NCBI GenBank assembly: GCA_965215515.1
Contig: OZ244057.1
Coordinates: 736,001-800,000 of the forward strand
DNA from: Oligoflexales bacterium
GTDB lineage: Bacteria > Bdellovibrionota_B > Oligoflexia > Oligoflexales > JAPPIL01
Length of the DNA stretch: 64,000 bases
Direction of reading: 5' to 3'
Shown here: positions 9,572-19,749 of the stretch, piece by piece
Layout: every line of letters starts with the position of its first letter
Numbering within the stretch: the stretch's first letter is position 1
Notes under the pieces: model-generated
Databases searched by the model: none
Seen by the model: the letters and a program-made list of their open reading frames with translations, nothing else
What the model was told of the DNA's origin: nothing
Position numbers and translations under genes: made by a program

Positions 9572-9900
9572 TCACACAGCTCAATACCCAACGCTCGCCA
9601 CCTGGTAAGATCGGTGACACGATACAAGTCACAGTGATTGTAAACATCACCGCTGATCTCATAAGCACGCGCATAGGTGAACGTCGGCGAAGCTACCGCC
9701 AGCTGGCGACTGAGACCGAGATGCCACAAGAACTCCGCCACCCAGCTGGTTTTGCCCGCACCGACCTCCCCCCGCAACCATAAACAAAAAGGATCGGCCT
9801 GTCGCAATATTCGTGCCGCATGCTCACAAGTCCGCGATATATGCGCCTGAGGCAACTCCATTGTCCACAACATATCCTGCAGATCCGACTGCTCTTGCAT
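9436..9900 (-). CDS. tsaE: tRNA threonylcarbamoyladenosine biosynthesis ATPase TsaE
   Basis: GEVGAGKT, VASPTF, HCDLYR and LLEWA motifs. Confidence 0.9.
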   Translation of the reverse strand: MQEQSDLQDMLWTMELPQAHISRTCEHAARILRQADPFCLWLRGEVGAGKTSWVAEFLWHLGLSRQLAVASPTFTYARAYEISGDVYNHCDLYRVTDLTRWRALGIELCDYRGMLLEWATTANCDVPPTHCLHIEFCADPTARRYVFSRGGVSS

Positions 9901-9906
9901 ACATAC

Positions 9907-11589
9907 CTACCAATCCTGCTGCCGCGACTTAGGAGCAGGCTGTAAATTTTTCGGCTTAACCCCGATACGCCCACTGTCTAACTGCCGTAAAAGACGCGCC
10001 ACCTCCTCGGCACTCAAATCACGCCGCGCTTGTTCCTGTGCTGTGCCTTGTTCCCGCGACTGCTCGGCCTGCTGCGGAGAGGATGCGTTTTGATCCTGCC
10101 GCGGCGCTGAACCCTGCTTGCCGTTTTCATCCTGCCGCGGCGATGAGTTGTTGCGATCTTCGTTTTTGTTCTGTTGCTGTGGCGATTGCTTCTCGTCTTT
10201 ATCTTGTTGCTGTTGCTTGATTTGTTCTTTCACCCAGGCGAGGTTTTCGGTAGCTTTTTGGTCGTGCGGAGCGTGCCTTAACACCTCTTCGTATGCTTGC
10301 TGAGCCTCTTGCAAACGTTGCAGGGCAACCTGTGCGTTACCGAGATTAAAACGCGCCTTGTTCGCCAACTGCGAATCTTGTGCCTGCGCAGCTTGGGCAA
10401 AACCTTGCGCCGCGGCAGCATAATCCCCCGCCCGAAATTGACTGACCGCACGGTTGTAAACTGCCGTAAGGTCATCGGGGTTAGCGATTTCCTGCCGCAA
10501 AAACTCCTGTGCTGCTTCCTGATATTTTTTCTGCTCAAATAACGTGTGCCCATCCTCCGCTCTGCCCACAGTAGGTAATAAACACAGGAATAACAACGAC
10601 AAACGAAAACGACGAGACAGCAAAAATTCTAGCGATAACAGAAACAAAGCAACGATAAGCGGAAGATGAAAATGTTCATGCCATATTTTTTTGCGGCTCT
10701 GCCCCTGCACTGCAGTGTCGATGTGGCGCTTGATGCCACGTTGATATATCTGCTGCAAATCAAAATCACCGCTGACCGAACGCACGTAGACACCACCCGT
10801 CAGCAAAGCGATGTCTCGTAAAGTTTTTTCGTCGAGGCGAGTCAGGACAAGATTACCCTGTGCGTCTTTGACAAAACCACCATCCTCGGCTGGAATCGGA
10901 GCACCCTGTGCAGCACCGATACCGATGGCGAAAATTTTCACCCCCGCATCTTTAGCTTGCCGCGCCGCGGTGAGCGGCTCAGTGCCTTGATCCTCCCCGT
11001 CGGTAATTAAAATGATAGCCGCCCCCGCGGGCGGGGAGGATTTTTTTGCTATACTGCGTAATGCCAACTGCAAAGCTGCGCCGATAGCCGTACCCCGTAC
11101 AGGAATCAATGACGGATGCAGATGGTCGAGAAACAACCGTGCCGCGGCATAATCGACGGTCAACGGACACTGCACGAACGCCGCCCCCGCAAAGGCAATT
11201 AGACTAAGACGGTCGCCGTCCAGTAAGGCGAGCAGATCGGTGAGTTTGCGTTTAGCGCGTTGCAGACGGTTAGGAACAATGTCGGTAGCTAGCATGCTGC
11301 GGGAAACATCGAGCACGACATAGATATCACGTCCTGTATGTTCGCGCTCCACCCACTCAAAGCCAAGCCGCGGCCGTGCTAAAGCAAGTACCAGCATGAC
11401 AAAAACAAGAGCAAGAAGCAGATAACGAGTCCGCAGCCAAGTTGTCGCAGGGCAAAGATGCGCCAGGTTGTGGGGGGCAGCAAAGCGTTGCAAGCGTTTA
11501 CGCCCCGCACGCTGTTCGCCATAAAAAACACAGCACAGCGGGAACAGTAGCCAGAGATAAAGCAGGTTTTGCTCGGCAGCGAAGATCAT
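9907..11589 (-). CDS. vWA + TPR protein (BatB/BatC-like fusion)
   Basis: LALARP, DVSRSM MIDAS motif, ITDGED, TPR repeats and a Gln-rich tail ending in DW. The ATG at 11589 overlaps the batA stop (ATGA). Confidence 0.9.
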   Translation of the reverse strand: MIFAAEQNLLYLWLLFPLCCVFYGEQRAGRKRLQRFAAPHNLAHLCPATTWLRTRYLLLALVFVMLVLALARPRLGFEWVEREHTGRDIYVVLDVSRSMLATDIVPNRLQRAKRKLTDLLALLDGDRLSLIAFAGAAFVQCPLTVDYAAARLFLDHLHPSLIPVRGTAIGAALQLALRSIAKKSSPPAGAAIILITDGEDQGTEPLTAARQAKDAGVKIFAIGIGAAQGAPIPAEDGGFVKDAQGNLVLTRLDEKTLRDIALLTGGVYVRSVSGDFDLQQIYQRGIKRHIDTAVQGQSRKKIWHEHFHLPLIVALFLLSLEFLLSRRFRLSLLFLCLLPTVGRAEDGHTLFEQKKYQEAAQEFLRQEIANPDDLTAVYNRAVSQFRAGDYAAAAQGFAQAAQAQDSQLANKARFNLGNAQVALQRLQEAQQAYEEVLRHAPHDQKATENLAWVKEQIKQQQQDKDEKQSPQQQNKNEDRNNSSPRQDENGKQGSAPRQDQNASSPQQAEQSREQGTAQEQARRDLSAEEVARLLRQLDSGRIGVKPKNLQPAPKSRQQDW

Positions 11590-12572
11590 GGCAATCTCCG
11601 CAAACGTGTCAATGCCGACAGACGTTCGAGTACAAACAACAGCAAGGCAGGCCACAGCAGATAAGCGTAGAGTTCCTCATAATCATGGTATACCCTCTGC
11701 TCTTTGGTCGTTTTTTCAAGGCTGTCGATAGTGAGATAGATTTCTTGCAGGGCATCGGTATCGGCAGCATGAAAATACTGTCCGCCCGTGGTGGCAGCGA
11801 TTTTCTGTAAAAGCTCGGCATCGAGGGGGACGTGTTGGTGGATAATGCGACCGCGGTAAGGCACAGGCACAGGGTCGTTGCTGCCGATACCGATGGTGTA
11901 AATCTTGATGTCTTGGCTCTGTGCGGCTTGCATGGCGAGCAACGGTGTCAGCCGTCCCGCGGTGTTTTCACCGTCGGTAAGCAAAACAGCGACCTTGCTC
12001 TCAGCTTCGATGTCTCGCAAGCGACTGGTGGCAACACCGATAGCATCGCCGATAGCGGTGTTTTCCCCTGCCATACCGATCTCCACTTGCGCGAGAAATT
12101 CTTGCAGCACATCATGATCGGCAGTTAGCGGAGCTTGGGTATAGGCTTCATCGCCGAAGACGATCATACCGATGCGGTCATCATGGCGGGCGGCGATAAA
12201 CGCAGCCAGCACCTCCTTAACGACGGCCAGGCGATTTTTGCGTGCACCGTCGGCGGCGAAAAAATCGAGAGCACGCATACTACCTGAAGTATCGACAAGC
12301 AGCATCATGTCAAGACCCGCGGTACGCTGCGTGCGTTGTCCGCTGACTTGTTGAGGACGAGCGGCAGCAAGAATAATCAGCAACATGCTCAACACACGCA
12401 CGGTGAACAAGGCATGCTTCGCCATCCCGAGATAGACAGGGCGAGGCAAAGCCGTCAGCAGTGCTGTGCTGGAAAATTTTATGCCGTAGCTGCGTCGGCG
12501 GTAAAAATAAAATAACAGCGGTAACAAGAGGGCAAGCAGCAAGAACCACGGGTAAGCAAAGTGAATGTTCAT
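11586..12572 (-). CDS. batA: vWA domain protein, BatA-like
   Basis: HFAYPWFL N-terminus, AARPQ, DTSGSM, TAIGDAIG, LLTDGEN and KIYTIGIG. Confidence 0.9.
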   Translation of the reverse strand: MNIHFAYPWFLLLALLLPLLFYFYRRRSYGIKFSSTALLTALPRPVYLGMAKHALFTVRVLSMLLIILAAARPQQVSGQRTQRTAGLDMMLLVDTSGSMRALDFFAADGARKNRLAVVKEVLAAFIAARHDDRIGMIVFGDEAYTQAPLTADHDVLQEFLAQVEIGMAGENTAIGDAIGVATSRLRDIEAESKVAVLLTDGENTAGRLTPLLAMQAAQSQDIKIYTIGIGSNDPVPVPYRGRIIHQHVPLDAELLQKIAATTGGQYFHAADTDALQEIYLTIDSLEKTTKEQRVYHDYEELYAYLLWPALLLFVLERLSALTRLRRLP

Positions 12573-12646
12573 GACGGCATCCGCAACCTTCCTCTCCCCG
12601 CTCGTATCTGAGCGTAGGATAAACAACCTAAAAATTCAAGCAGTTA

Positions 12647-13168
12647 TCACCTCAGTTGCTCACTCGCAGTCAACTGCTGCATCCATTTGATGACCTGTTG
12701 ATGGTCTCGCTGTGCCTGTGTAAAATCACTCGGCTGGGCGGCGAATTTGATGGCATCGGCACGTTGCATGAATTCCTCCACACTGACCAGCGTAGTACGT
12801 GCTAACGGTAGTTTTTTTAGTTGGGGGGTAACTTCCCGTAAGGTCGCGCCGATGACAGGCAATTGAAAGCGATATTCAACCAGTTCACGAAAAGCGATAC
12901 TCAACGCAAAAAAATAATTTTCTTGCACCGTGCCGACAGGGAAAGGGTTAGGTGGCTTGAGACGGAGAATTTTGGTGCGCACATCGCGCACTCGATCACG
13001 CGGCGCAACGGCATCTTGGGTAAGCACAAGCGAACGACGGCGGCGGAGATAAAGAAAGATGGCAGCTGCTGACAAAACGATGAGGATAAGCACGATGGAC
13101 ACCGCCGTCCACGGAAAATGCGGCGGCAGCAAAGCATAGATGTCGTGAGGCGGTGAGGAAACAGGCAT
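12647..13168 (-). CDS. Hypothetical single-TM protein of the MoxR/Bat operon
   Basis: N-terminal TM segment and DAIKFA motif; typical position between DUF58 and batA. Confidence 0.75.
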   Translation of the reverse strand: MPVSSPPHDIYALLPPHFPWTAVSIVLILIVLSAAAIFLYLRRRRSLVLTQDAVAPRDRVRDVRTKILRLKPPNPFPVGTVQENYFFALSIAFRELVEYRFQLPVIGATLREVTPQLKKLPLARTTLVSVEEFMQRADAIKFAAQPSDFTQAQRDHQQVIKWMQQLTASEQLR

Positions 13169-14047
13169 CTAGCGTTTCCTGTGCAGGGTGCGTTGTTGCA
13201 AGAAGGCCATCAATGGTCGGGCGGTTGCACGAGCGGTGGTAATGGTAAAGTTATCGATGCCGTTTCTGCGCCATAACTTGTGTAGTTGCTGTTGGCGTTG
13301 CTGCTCAAGCTGTAGCAGTGCTGCTCGAGTGCGAGGATTGCTTGTGTCAAGAGTCACACACGCGCCGCTTTCGCTGTCGATAAAATCGAGCAAACCGCTT
13401 ACCGATAGGTGCGTCTCGCGTTCATCTTGAACCTGCACCGCGATGAGGTCGTGACGGCGGGCGACGTTAGCCAGTGTCTTGGGCAGTGAGGCGATGAAAT
13501 CGGAAATTAAAAAGCACATGTGTTTTTTGTGGGTTACCTTCATCAGGAAGTCGAGTGCTTGTTTAAAATCTGTCCCCGTGCTGAACTGCCGCGGTGTGAG
13601 CACGCTTTTGATAATATGCCATACGTGACTGCGTCCTTTGGCGGCAGGGATGTACTGTTCGATGCGGTCGGAGAAAAGAATTAAACCGACACGGTCGTTG
13701 TTACGGATGGCGAGGAAAGCGAGCACCGCGGCGAGTTCGGCGGCAGTCTCTTGTTTGGAGGCTGCGGTTGCGGCGAAGTGTTGTGAGGCACTGACATCTA
13801 CCAAGAGGAGCAGAGTCATCTCTCGTTCTTCGCGCATGACCTTGACGTAGGGGTAATTCATGCGGGCGGTGACGTTCCAGGCGATGTTGCGCACGTCGTC
13901 GCCGTATTGGTAAGCTCTGAGCGTGTCGAATTCCATCCCTTGCCCTTTGAAGGCACTTAGGTATTCGCCGCCGAGCACTTCGTTGGCGATAAAGCCTGCT
14001 TTCAGTTCAATGTGTTTTATTTCTTTCAGCAGTTGCGGCGTAAGCAT
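13169..14047 (-). CDS. DUF58 domain protein
   Basis: FKGQGMEF, YQYGDDVRNIAWNVTAR, EERE and DVSAS motifs. Confidence 0.93.
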   Translation of the reverse strand: MLTPQLLKEIKHIELKAGFIANEVLGGEYLSAFKGQGMEFDTLRAYQYGDDVRNIAWNVTARMNYPYVKVMREEREMTLLLLVDVSASQHFAATAASKQETAAELAAVLAFLAIRNNDRVGLILFSDRIEQYIPAAKGRSHVWHIIKSVLTPRQFSTGTDFKQALDFLMKVTHKKHMCFLISDFIASLPKTLANVARRHDLIAVQVQDERETHLSVSGLLDFIDSESGACVTLDTSNPRTRAALLQLEQQRQQQLHKLWRRNGIDNFTITTARATARPLMAFLQQRTLHRKR

Positions 14048-14053
14048 TGCAGA

Positions 14054-15049
14054 TCATGGCACTTCGATGGTGGCTAAGAGCTGCTCGATAATGTCATCAC
14101 TGCTCTTGCCTTCTGCTTCGGCCTCGTAGGTAAGCAGAAGGCGATGGCGAAGAACATCATGAGCCACGTCCTTCACGTCTTGAGGAGTGACATAGCTGCG
14201 GCCGTTGAGCATGGCGTTGATGCGCGCGGTTTTTTCGAGATTGATGGAGGCGCGTGGGCTCGCTCCGAACGCGATATAGTGGCTGAGTTCTTTGAGATGG
14301 TAGTCCTGTGGACGGCGCGAAGCAAAGACGAGATCGACGATGTAACGACGCACTTTGGCGGCGAGGTGCACTTGCGGGGCAAGGTCGCGGATACGCAGCA
14401 GGTCGGCTGCGCTTGCTATGCGTGTCAGGGTTATCTGTTTGTTACTGGCGATACGTTCCATGATCAGCTGTTCATCGGCGGGCGAGGTGTAGGAAATTTT
14501 CAGTTTGAACAAAAAACGATCGACCTGTGCTTCAGGCAGTGCGTATGTGCCTTCTTGTTCGATAGGATTTTGTGTTGCCATGACGAGGAAAGGCAGCGGC
14601 AGGGTAAAAGTTTCGCTGGCGATCGTCACCTGTCGCTCCTGCATCGCTTCCAGCAGTGCCGCTTGTACTTTGGCGGGGGCGCGGTTTATTTCGTCAGCGA
14701 GCAGGAGGTTGGTAAAGATCGCCCCCTTTTTGACGGTAAATTCGGTGGTTTTGGGTGAATACACCTGTGTGCCTGTTACGTCGGCGGGCAGGAGGTCGGG
14801 GGTAAACTGGATACGGGCGAAGGCGAGGTCGAGTACTTCGCCGAGTGCCTTGATGGTGGAGGTCTTGGCCAAGCCAGGCAACCCTTCCAGCAGCACGTGA
14901 CCGTCGGCAAAGATAGCCATCAGCAATCGCTTGCTGAGCTCCGTCTGGCCGACGATCAAGCGGCTCAGTTCGGCAACTATCCGTGTAACCAGCTCACCTG
15001 CCTGTGTGACTGCGGGGATGATGTCTTTTTGGTATCCCTCTTCCGTCAT
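14054..15049 (-). CDS. moxR: MoxR-family AAA+ ATPase
   Basis: GLPGLAKT, RIQFTPDLLPAD, DEINRAP and ATQNPIEQEGTY. Confidence 0.95.
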   Translation of the reverse strand: MTEEGYQKDIIPAVTQAGELVTRIVAELSRLIVGQTELSKRLLMAIFADGHVLLEGLPGLAKTSTIKALGEVLDLAFARIQFTPDLLPADVTGTQVYSPKTTEFTVKKGAIFTNLLLADEINRAPAKVQAALLEAMQERQVTIASETFTLPLPFLVMATQNPIEQEGTYALPEAQVDRFLFKLKISYTSPADEQLIMERIASNKQITLTRIASAADLLRIRDLAPQVHLAAKVRRYIVDLVFASRRPQDYHLKELSHYIAFGASPRASINLEKTARINAMLNGRSYVTPQDVKDVAHDVLRHRLLLTYEAEAEGKSSDDIIEQLLATIEVP

Positions 15050-15155
15050 CTTTCCTTATCTTTCCTTCCATCTATCCTCAGATTCTAGTCATATTTTTTG
15101 ACGGTGCAAGTTTTTTGTCAGAAGCACACACGACGGTGGTAAAATACATAAAGAT

Positions 15156-16607
15156 ATGCCACTGTCTTGTGAGGCCCAACGAGTGTTCCTTGCTGCCGTC
15201 ATCTACTTGTGCTTGCCCCTGTTTCTTCTCCTGTTCACCTTCTTCAACCTGTGGTTCACAACCTTGTCTGCCGTGTTGTTGGTAGTTCTGGTGTGCTATA
15301 TCCATCGTACACGCCCTACGGCAACCTCCCTACCGCAGCCGTGGTATCGTTATTGGCCGATGTTGCTTGTCGTCGCAGGAATTGTCTACGGCGGTGTCTG
15401 GTCGCCCTTCAACTGCTTGGACTGGGTGAGACACTTCGCTACTCTTAATCTGCTTATCGAGCACGACTGGCCACCGCAGATCACACGGGTAGGGCAGGAA
15501 CATTTTTTGCGCTATAGTCTCGGCTGGTATCTCGTTCCTGCCCTCACGGCACGGATACTCGGTCTGGTTGCCCTAACCCCGACGATGTTTCTCTGGACAC
15601 TGCTCGGTGTGTGTCTAGCACTGCTATTCGTTTTGCGAGAAATGCGCCGACCGCAGCACGTGTTGCTAGCAACACTGGTGTTTTTCTTTTTTTCTGGACT
15701 CGATCTCGTCGGGGCGTACTTCATGTGGTTTACTGAGAACTTAGCCAGCTCGCCACCTGGTCCTGATTGGCTACAGTGGTGGGCTGGCTGGGGACAGATC
15801 GCCACCAACGTGGTGGGAGTTACCTGGGTGCCTCAACATGCTGTCGCCACCTGGCTCGGTCTGGGCTTGGTGCTGGCTGAACGCCGTCTGGCAGTGCGAT
15901 ACGGAGGCATACTGCTCGTCACCATCGCAATGTGGTCGCCATTCGCCGCCATCTCCCTCGCCCCGTTCTACCTCCAGGCACTATGCCGAGAAGGCTGGCG
16001 TTCCGCCCTCACCGTGCCTAACCTCGCCATCGCTCCGCTGCTGTTCGTGCCCCTGTGCCTCTATCTCAGCAGCGATGCAGGACAGATACCCTTTTCCCTG
16101 GTAACATCGCCAAACGCAACGCTAGGGCAAGCATCCTTACTCAGCATCGCACTGTTCGTTTTGCTCGAATTCGGTCTGGTCGCGGCGATCCTCTACACGT
16201 CGTACAGCAGGGATAGACAAGCAGACAAAAGCCTGCTGGTTATCGCCTCGCTATCCCTCGTCGCCCTCGTCCCTTTTAGTTTCGGACACAACAACGACTC
16301 ACTGATGCGCGGCAGTATCGCAGCCACCAGCGTGCTGGCACTGCTATGTGGCCGCGTGCTACTGGATGGCCGTCACACCCCGCGTGCGATCTACACCAGA
16401 GTTCTGCTCGTCGCTTACCTCATCGTCGCGGCGATGCCCGTGGTCGCAGCCTTTGCCGTCGGAGTCGACCGCCGCGAGCAGCGCGTTTCCAAGCAGCGTC
16501 GCTTCTCTCCCGACTCCTTACTTATCACCAATGACTGGATGCGCGTCCAATACCTGGCACGATCGCAAGCACAGAAAGCAAAGCTATTTTTGCGCAAGCG
16601 AGAATAG
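15156..16607 (+). CDS. Multi-pass membrane protein, possible GT-C fold glycosyltransferase
   Basis: About 11-12 TM segments, with DWVRH...WP, YSLGWYLVP and WVPQH loops. Confidence 0.6.
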   Translation: MPLSCEAQRVFLAAVIYLCLPLFLLLFTFFNLWFTTLSAVLLVVLVCYIHRTRPTATSLPQPWYRYWPMLLVVAGIVYGGVWSPFNCLDWVRHFATLNLLIEHDWPPQITRVGQEHFLRYSLGWYLVPALTARILGLVALTPTMFLWTLLGVCLALLFVLREMRRPQHVLLATLVFFFFSGLDLVGAYFMWFTENLASSPPGPDWLQWWAGWGQIATNVVGVTWVPQHAVATWLGLGLVLAERRLAVRYGGILLVTIAMWSPFAAISLAPFYLQALCREGWRSALTVPNLAIAPLLFVPLCLYLSSDAGQIPFSLVTSPNATLGQASLLSIALFVLLEFGLVAAILYTSYSRDRQADKSLLVIASLSLVALVPFSFGHNNDSLMRGSIAATSVLALLCGRVLLDGRHTPRAIYTRVLLVAYLIVAAMPVVAAFAVGVDRREQRVSKQRRFSPDSLLITNDWMRVQYLARSQAQKAKLFLRKRE

Positions 16608-16612
16608 CCCCG

Positions 16613-16699
16613 TGGGGACAGCCAGACTTGAACTGGCACGAGGCGACACGCCTCAGGGGATTTTAAGTCCCCTGTGTCTACCGATTCCACCATGTCCCC
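16613..16699 (-). tRNA. tRNA-Leu (anticodon TAA)
   Basis: GGGGACA...TGTCCCC-A acceptor stem, GGGGA-CTTAAAA-TCCCC anticodon arm, long variable arm and GTTCAAGTC T-loop. CCA is not encoded. Confidence 0.96.
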
Positions 16700-16809
16700 A
16701 AAACGCACATGGTGTTATCATAAAGAGTGAGAACTGGAAAGCATGCTTCCCGCCACGCGGGTCGTAAAGGGGCGGCGGCTTGCAGAAGCAAAAACACACG
16801 GAGGCAAAG

Positions 16810-17520
16810 ATGCTGAAAACGCCCTTCACCATCCTGCTACTAGCTTTGCTGGTCATCACCCTCCCCGCAGCAGCTGAGCAGCACACCAGCAAGAGCAACC
16901 AGACGACCGCGGAAGGTGATCCAGAGACTACAGAGGAGGAAGATATCGGTGACGATGCTGGCTTAATCACCGACGAGTTCAGCTACATGTACCTGTTCGA
17001 TCAGCATTATGGGATTATTGCGGGCTTCGGCAAGAGCTCCCCCAGCTATCTCATGCACCTGGAAGGTTTAATGTTCCTGCACGAGAGAATATCCATCTCC
17101 ATGTTGATCGGTTACGGCATAGAACAGAAATTCAACAGCGATGAACACAAACACACCGCCGATACCCTGTCGTTGACGGTAAAATCACGCTACTATCTAC
17201 CGCTATTGCCTCTCAGCATCAACGGCAGTTGTGGTTACGTGTTCTGGGATGGCAAAATCGGGGCTAACGACAGCCGCAGCAAACTAAATTACAAGAGCTA
17301 CGAAACCTACCTCGGCGTATCGCTGAGTGCCTATTACTTCTGGAAAACAGGAATATACCTGGAGTCGGTAATCTACGGTTTCGGTATCGGCAAGGCTTTT
17401 GGACTGAAAGGCGAAGCCGACCGATACGAGGACATCATTACCGAGACGATAGAGGATAGCGAGCACTACGGTATCTTCGGCGGAGGCTTGCTTAACCTCG
17501 CCGTAGGCTATATGTTCTAG
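16810..17520 (+). CDS. Hypothetical outer-membrane beta-barrel protein
   Basis: Signal peptide, alternating beta-strand pattern and C-terminal AVGYMF. Confidence 0.7.
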   Translation: MLKTPFTILLLALLVITLPAAAEQHTSKSNQTTAEGDPETTEEEDIGDDAGLITDEFSYMYLFDQHYGIIAGFGKSSPSYLMHLEGLMFLHERISISMLIGYGIEQKFNSDEHKHTADTLSLTVKSRYYLPLLPLSINGSCGYVFWDGKIGANDSRSKLNYKSYETYLGVSLSAYYFWKTGIYLESVIYGFGIGKAFGLKGEADRYEDIITETIEDSEHYGIFGGGLLNLAVGYMF

Positions 17521-17536
17521 CACTATAAAATTATCA

Positions 17537-17558
17537 TCGACATCAGGCCTGATGTCGA
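17537..17558. other. Perfect 22-bp palindrome
   Basis: TCGACATCAGG|CCTGATGTCGA, directly downstream of the OMP gene. Confidence 0.8.
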
Positions 17559-17651
17559 GTAACATCGCTCGACAATGATCTGCGGTTTTCAGAGATTGAT
17601 GACGCACGCTGTTACACCAGCTCACTGCGTGAGCTGCAGTTTGCCGAGGTT

Positions 17652-18755
17652 ATGCCGATGCTGGAACTGACACGCACTAAGCTGCTGCGCGGGAAGCCTG
17701 TACGTTACCTCGTGTTTGGCGGCGGCTGCCTGTTGCTGGTGCTGTGCGTCGCTTACCTCTACCAAGCGGTGCTGCTGCCTTTCGCACTTGCGGCACTGCT
17801 CTACTTTCTGCTGAGCTCGCCCGTCGATTATTTGAGTCAATACCGCGTTCCACGCAACCTCGTCATCATAACTATCATCTGTGTGGCATTGCTGGTGATC
17901 GTGCTGGTATCGATTTATTTTTTGCCAATTTTTTATGCGCAGATGCTAAATGTCCTACAATCCATTCCTGACGCATTGCTGCGTATTCGTGAACATTGGA
18001 TTCCTGTGTTGAAGAAGCATATCTTAACTCTTGATTTTGTCGATGCTACGCAACTAGATCTCTGGTTGGCAGAACTGAACATCATTCCGCAGGTCACCGC
18101 GGGCGTGCGTCAAACCATCAAAGGCATCTGGATGTCGACCCCTGGTTTTTTCAGCACGATTGTCAATGCTGTTCTCGTACCTGTGATTACCTTCTTCTTG
18201 CTCAGCGAGAAAGGCTCACTGCGTCAAAAGATAAAAAACGTGATTCCGCGGGATCTCTTTCCCCACATCAACACGGCATTGACCAACACCAGCAGTACGC
18301 TGCGTTCGGTACTAAAGGGGCAAGCTATCGTCGCCGCTATCCTTGCCTTGCTCTATATCGTCGGTTTGACCTTAGTCGGACTTAAAGCAGCGCTGGCGAT
18401 CGGCTTGGTCGCGGGTATTTGCCGTATCGTGCCCTACTTCGACATTATTGTCGGCGGTTTGCTGAGCGCATTGGTCATCATCTCCGATTTCGATGGCTGG
18501 GGGCAGGTGTTCGGTGTTATGGGGGTATTCGTGGTCGTGCAAGCGGTGGACGGCATGTTTATCACGCCGCGTATTATGGGTAATAAGGCTGGTCTGCACC
18601 CCCTGCTGGTCATCCTGTCCGTGCTCAGCTTCGGTCAGCTGTTTGGTTTCTGGGGTGTGCTGTTCGCCATTCCCGTGATCGCGGTGTTTAGAGTTATTGC
18701 TAGCCAGGTTATCCCCCTCTACCAAAAATCAAAGCTCTACAATCCTGAAAGCTAG
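17652..18755 (+). CDS. AI-2E (PerM) family transporter
   Basis: LLPFALA..L..PVD, VLKGQ, IVPYF and ITPRIMG...GLHP...GFWGVLFAIP. Confidence 0.92.
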   Translation: MPMLELTRTKLLRGKPVRYLVFGGGCLLLVLCVAYLYQAVLLPFALAALLYFLLSSPVDYLSQYRVPRNLVIITIICVALLVIVLVSIYFLPIFYAQMLNVLQSIPDALLRIREHWIPVLKKHILTLDFVDATQLDLWLAELNIIPQVTAGVRQTIKGIWMSTPGFFSTIVNAVLVPVITFFLLSEKGSLRQKIKNVIPRDLFPHINTALTNTSSTLRSVLKGQAIVAAILALLYIVGLTLVGLKAALAIGLVAGICRIVPYFDIIVGGLLSALVIISDFDGWGQVFGVMGVFVVVQAVDGMFITPRIMGNKAGLHPLLVILSVLSFGQLFGFWGVLFAIPVIAVFRVIASQVIPLYQKSKLYNPES

Positions 18756-18850
18756 GCACGTGATGAAAAAATCTGCCCGCCCATAACGACAGGAAATAAA
18801 ATTTGCGTTAGAATGGGAGGGGGTTTGCACGATGTACAAAGGGGTGCGAT

Positions 18851-19735
18851 GTGAAAGGATGTGCGGGTTATTTGCTGTCGGTGTGTTTTTCAGGTCTACT
18901 GTCGCTTACTCTGCTAACTCACTGCGGCTATGAGGACAATAACGCACAGGATAAGGGAGATACCCAGGATAGGGATGAGGCAACAGACCATGCCACACCC
19001 TCGTCTCCTTCTTCAACGTCGCCGCCTACGCCAGAACGCACGGTGCGACCTGAGCATAGGTTTACTCCCGCACAAATCACCGCGGGTTTGCCTTTTAGCT
19101 TCGAGCTCGCGTGGCAGGGTAGGCCATATCTGCTGAGTCTGGATAACTGCGGCGCTGGTGTGCTGCTGTTGCAGGGGATGTGGCCTGAGGTGCGCGATGT
19201 TACTAACCATATCAGGGGGGAGGACGGTGCACAGTTGCATAGCTTGGTAATTACCAACGATAGGGGCGATCCCACCATCCCTGCAGGTTGTCGCCTCAAG
19301 GCTACCGTCGCACGCGGTACGGACGACGAACAGAGCGTTTATATAGTACCTGACCTCAAAGCAGGGGCACTTACCGTCAGCAACGCCAGTATCGGTACTA
19401 ATACGGTCGCGCTTACCGCAGAGGGTATGCCCCACACGGATACTTCGGGATTAGCGATAGCCAAAAAGACCACCTTCATCGCCGACGGGGAGGCTTACAG
19501 CAGGTATACTCTGGTCGCTATCTCCCATCCCTTCAATAACGCGGTGGTTGACGGAAGAGTAGAGAGCGGGGTTACCCTGTACGCTCCCCCGCCAGGCATC
19601 GCGTTGCCTACCGATGTGGTGACCGCGTTCGAGGTGGGTGATTACCTGATCAGTGTAGCCAACTTTCGCTTGAATTTACTGGCACTGTCCATCGATTTTG
19701 TGCACGTGAGCACCATCACCGCTACAAAGCGGTAG
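18851..19735 (+). CDS. Hypothetical lipoprotein
   Basis: Signal ending in LLTHCG, followed by a low-complexity linker. Confidence 0.7.
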   Translation: MKGCAGYLLSVCFSGLLSLTLLTHCGYEDNNAQDKGDTQDRDEATDHATPSSPSSTSPPTPERTVRPEHRFTPAQITAGLPFSFELAWQGRPYLLSLDNCGAGVLLLQGMWPEVRDVTNHIRGEDGAQLHSLVITNDRGDPTIPAGCRLKATVARGTDDEQSVYIVPDLKAGALTVSNASIGTNTVALTAEGMPHTDTSGLAIAKKTTFIADGEAYSRYTLVAISHPFNNAVVDGRVESGVTLYAPPPGIALPTDVVTAFEVGDYLISVANFRLNLLALSIDFVHVSTITATKR

Positions 19736-19749
19736 GCAGAGACAATCAC

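Noticed and set aside
17570..17610. Fluoride-riboswitch-like words (CAATGA...TGATGAC)
   Set aside because: The required P1 and pseudoknot pairing could not be built.
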